Positions 31,115-32,000 of a stretch of DNA of 32,000 nt are shown here, piece after piece (the first letter of the stretch is position 1; each line of letters begins with the position of its first letter). The position numbers and the translations under genes were made by a program. Origin of the DNA: Raphidiopsis brookii D9 (GTDB lineage: Bacteria; Cyanobacteriota; Cyanobacteriia; Cyanobacteriales; Nostocaceae); assembly GCA_000175855.1 (NCBI GenBank), contig ACYB01000016.1, positions 30,001-62,000 on the forward strand, given 5' to 3'. Below the pieces are notes generated by a model. It was not told where the DNA came from. It saw nothing but the letters and a program-made list of their open reading frames with translations, and did no database searches.

Positions 31115-31303
31115 ATTGAGGTAAATCCCGATAAATCGCCAGGATAGAAATTCAGATCTTAGCTTTCTGACTAGCAGAATAGGTTCTAAATCTTTCTCTA
31201 AAGTTCAGGAATTTTCTCCATGAGGGGTGAAGTACCTCATCCTCAACTAAATAGAATCCATACAATTTATTAGGTAAAGGTTCATCATTTTTTAATGTTG
31301 ATA

Positions 31304-32000
31304 ATGCAACATCAAATACAACATTTATTACCTGATCAATTAACCGTTCAATCCACTAATCAAACTAATAAACTGCTGAAGATATTAGTCATTGATGACC
31401 ATGAATCGGTTCTGAACGGGACGATTTACATTTTGCGTAAAAACTATCCCAGTGCTGAATTTATAACTGCAACAGATGTGCAAACAACTGTGGACCAGGT
31501 AACTAATAGACAACCTGATCTCATAGTTATGGATCTTTCCATACCTGAAAGACAAGGAATGACTGCTCGCACTGATAATGGTATTCAACTACTAAAGACC
31601 TTGATGAAACAACATCCCCATCTGAATATTGTTGTTCAAAGCGCCCACAGCAAAACCCTAGTGCGAATTCGGTTAAATATTGACAGTCATCAAGGAGGTT
31701 TTACCATTGCTAATAAAAGTGTTTCTATTCAGGAGATGTTAACCAGGGTTGATTGGGCATTACAAGGACTAACTCACACTAAGGATATTAAGGGAATTAA
31801 CTCGGGAATGGAGGTAAAACCAGAGTGGTTAAAAGTTTTATATTTGGCCTTTGAGCGGGGATTACAAGATAAAGCTATTGCTCAAGAAATGTGTGTTTCT
31901 GAACGAATGGTACGTCATTATTGGAATAAGTTACAAGATGCTCTCAATATCTATCCAGAGGTCGGTAAAAATATTCGTATTCAAACGGAAAAACAAGCTA
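31304..32000 (+). CDS. Response regulator with C-terminal HTH (NarL/LuxR-like), runs off the window edge; not in ORF track
   Basis: Manual translation MQHQIQQHLLPDQLTVQSTNQTNKLLKILVIDDHESVLNGTIYILRKNYPSAEF...QPDLIVMDLSIP...WLKVLYLAFERGLQDKAIAQEMCVSERMVRHYWNKLQDALNIYPE...; open to the window end. Confidence 0.85.
   Translation, partial: MQHQIQHLLPDQLTVQSTNQTNKLLKILVIDDHESVLNGTIYILRKNYPSAEFITATDVQTTVDQVTNRQPDLIVMDLSIPERQGMTARTDNGIQLLKTLMKQHPHLNIVVQSAHSKTLVRIRLNIDSHQGGFTIANKSVSIQEMLTRVDWALQGLTHTKDIKGINSGMEVKPEWLKVLYLAFERGLQDKAIAQEMCVSERMVRHYWNKLQDALNIYPEVGKNIRIQTEKQA

Noticed and set aside
31385-31588. 67-aa minus strand ORF
   Set aside because: Antisense to the well-supported response regulator receiver domain.

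Overview
The window is chromosomal DNA from a filamentous, probably Nostocales-lineage, cyanobacterium. This is inferred from psaF/psaJ/psaL, petM, ccmK paralogs, an NblR-like regulator, a HetZ-related protein and GCGATCGC (HIP1) octamers. The first ~23.7 kb is mostly conserved housekeeping and photosynthesis content: fusA (5'-truncated by the window), tuf, rpsJ, a LON-domain protein, a RemA/DUF370 protein, gmk, psaL/psaJ/psaF (-), tsaD, alpha/beta hydrolases, GNAT, tRNA-Pro, petM, a Ycf39-like SDR, NAD kinase, an NblR-like regulator, tRNA-Leu, a peroxiredoxin, a fused oligopeptide ABC ATPase, two TSUP permeases, DUF1634, an SRPBCC protein, a radical SAM protein, ccmK3/ccmK4-like genes and a HetZ-related gene. 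The notable region is ~24.1-32.0 kb. It holds five small precursor genes, three of them absent or mis-started in the ORF track. Each encodes an exactly 24-residue double-glycine leader, and the cores diverge or are modular. Two are identical copies in a 443-bp tandem duplication, and one has a (Pro-Thr-Pro)5 linker inserted after the GG site. They are followed by an intact C39-peptidase ABC exporter, an HlyD-type adaptor split at an A7 tract, a 250-aa protein resembling a degenerate histidine kinase, and a response regulator running off the window edge. I interpret this as a Cys-free peptide maturation, export and possibly signalling or biofilm/antagonism locus. Three apparent frameshifts (LON protein, second TSUP gene, HlyD) sit at homopolymer tracts, so sequencing error must be excluded first.
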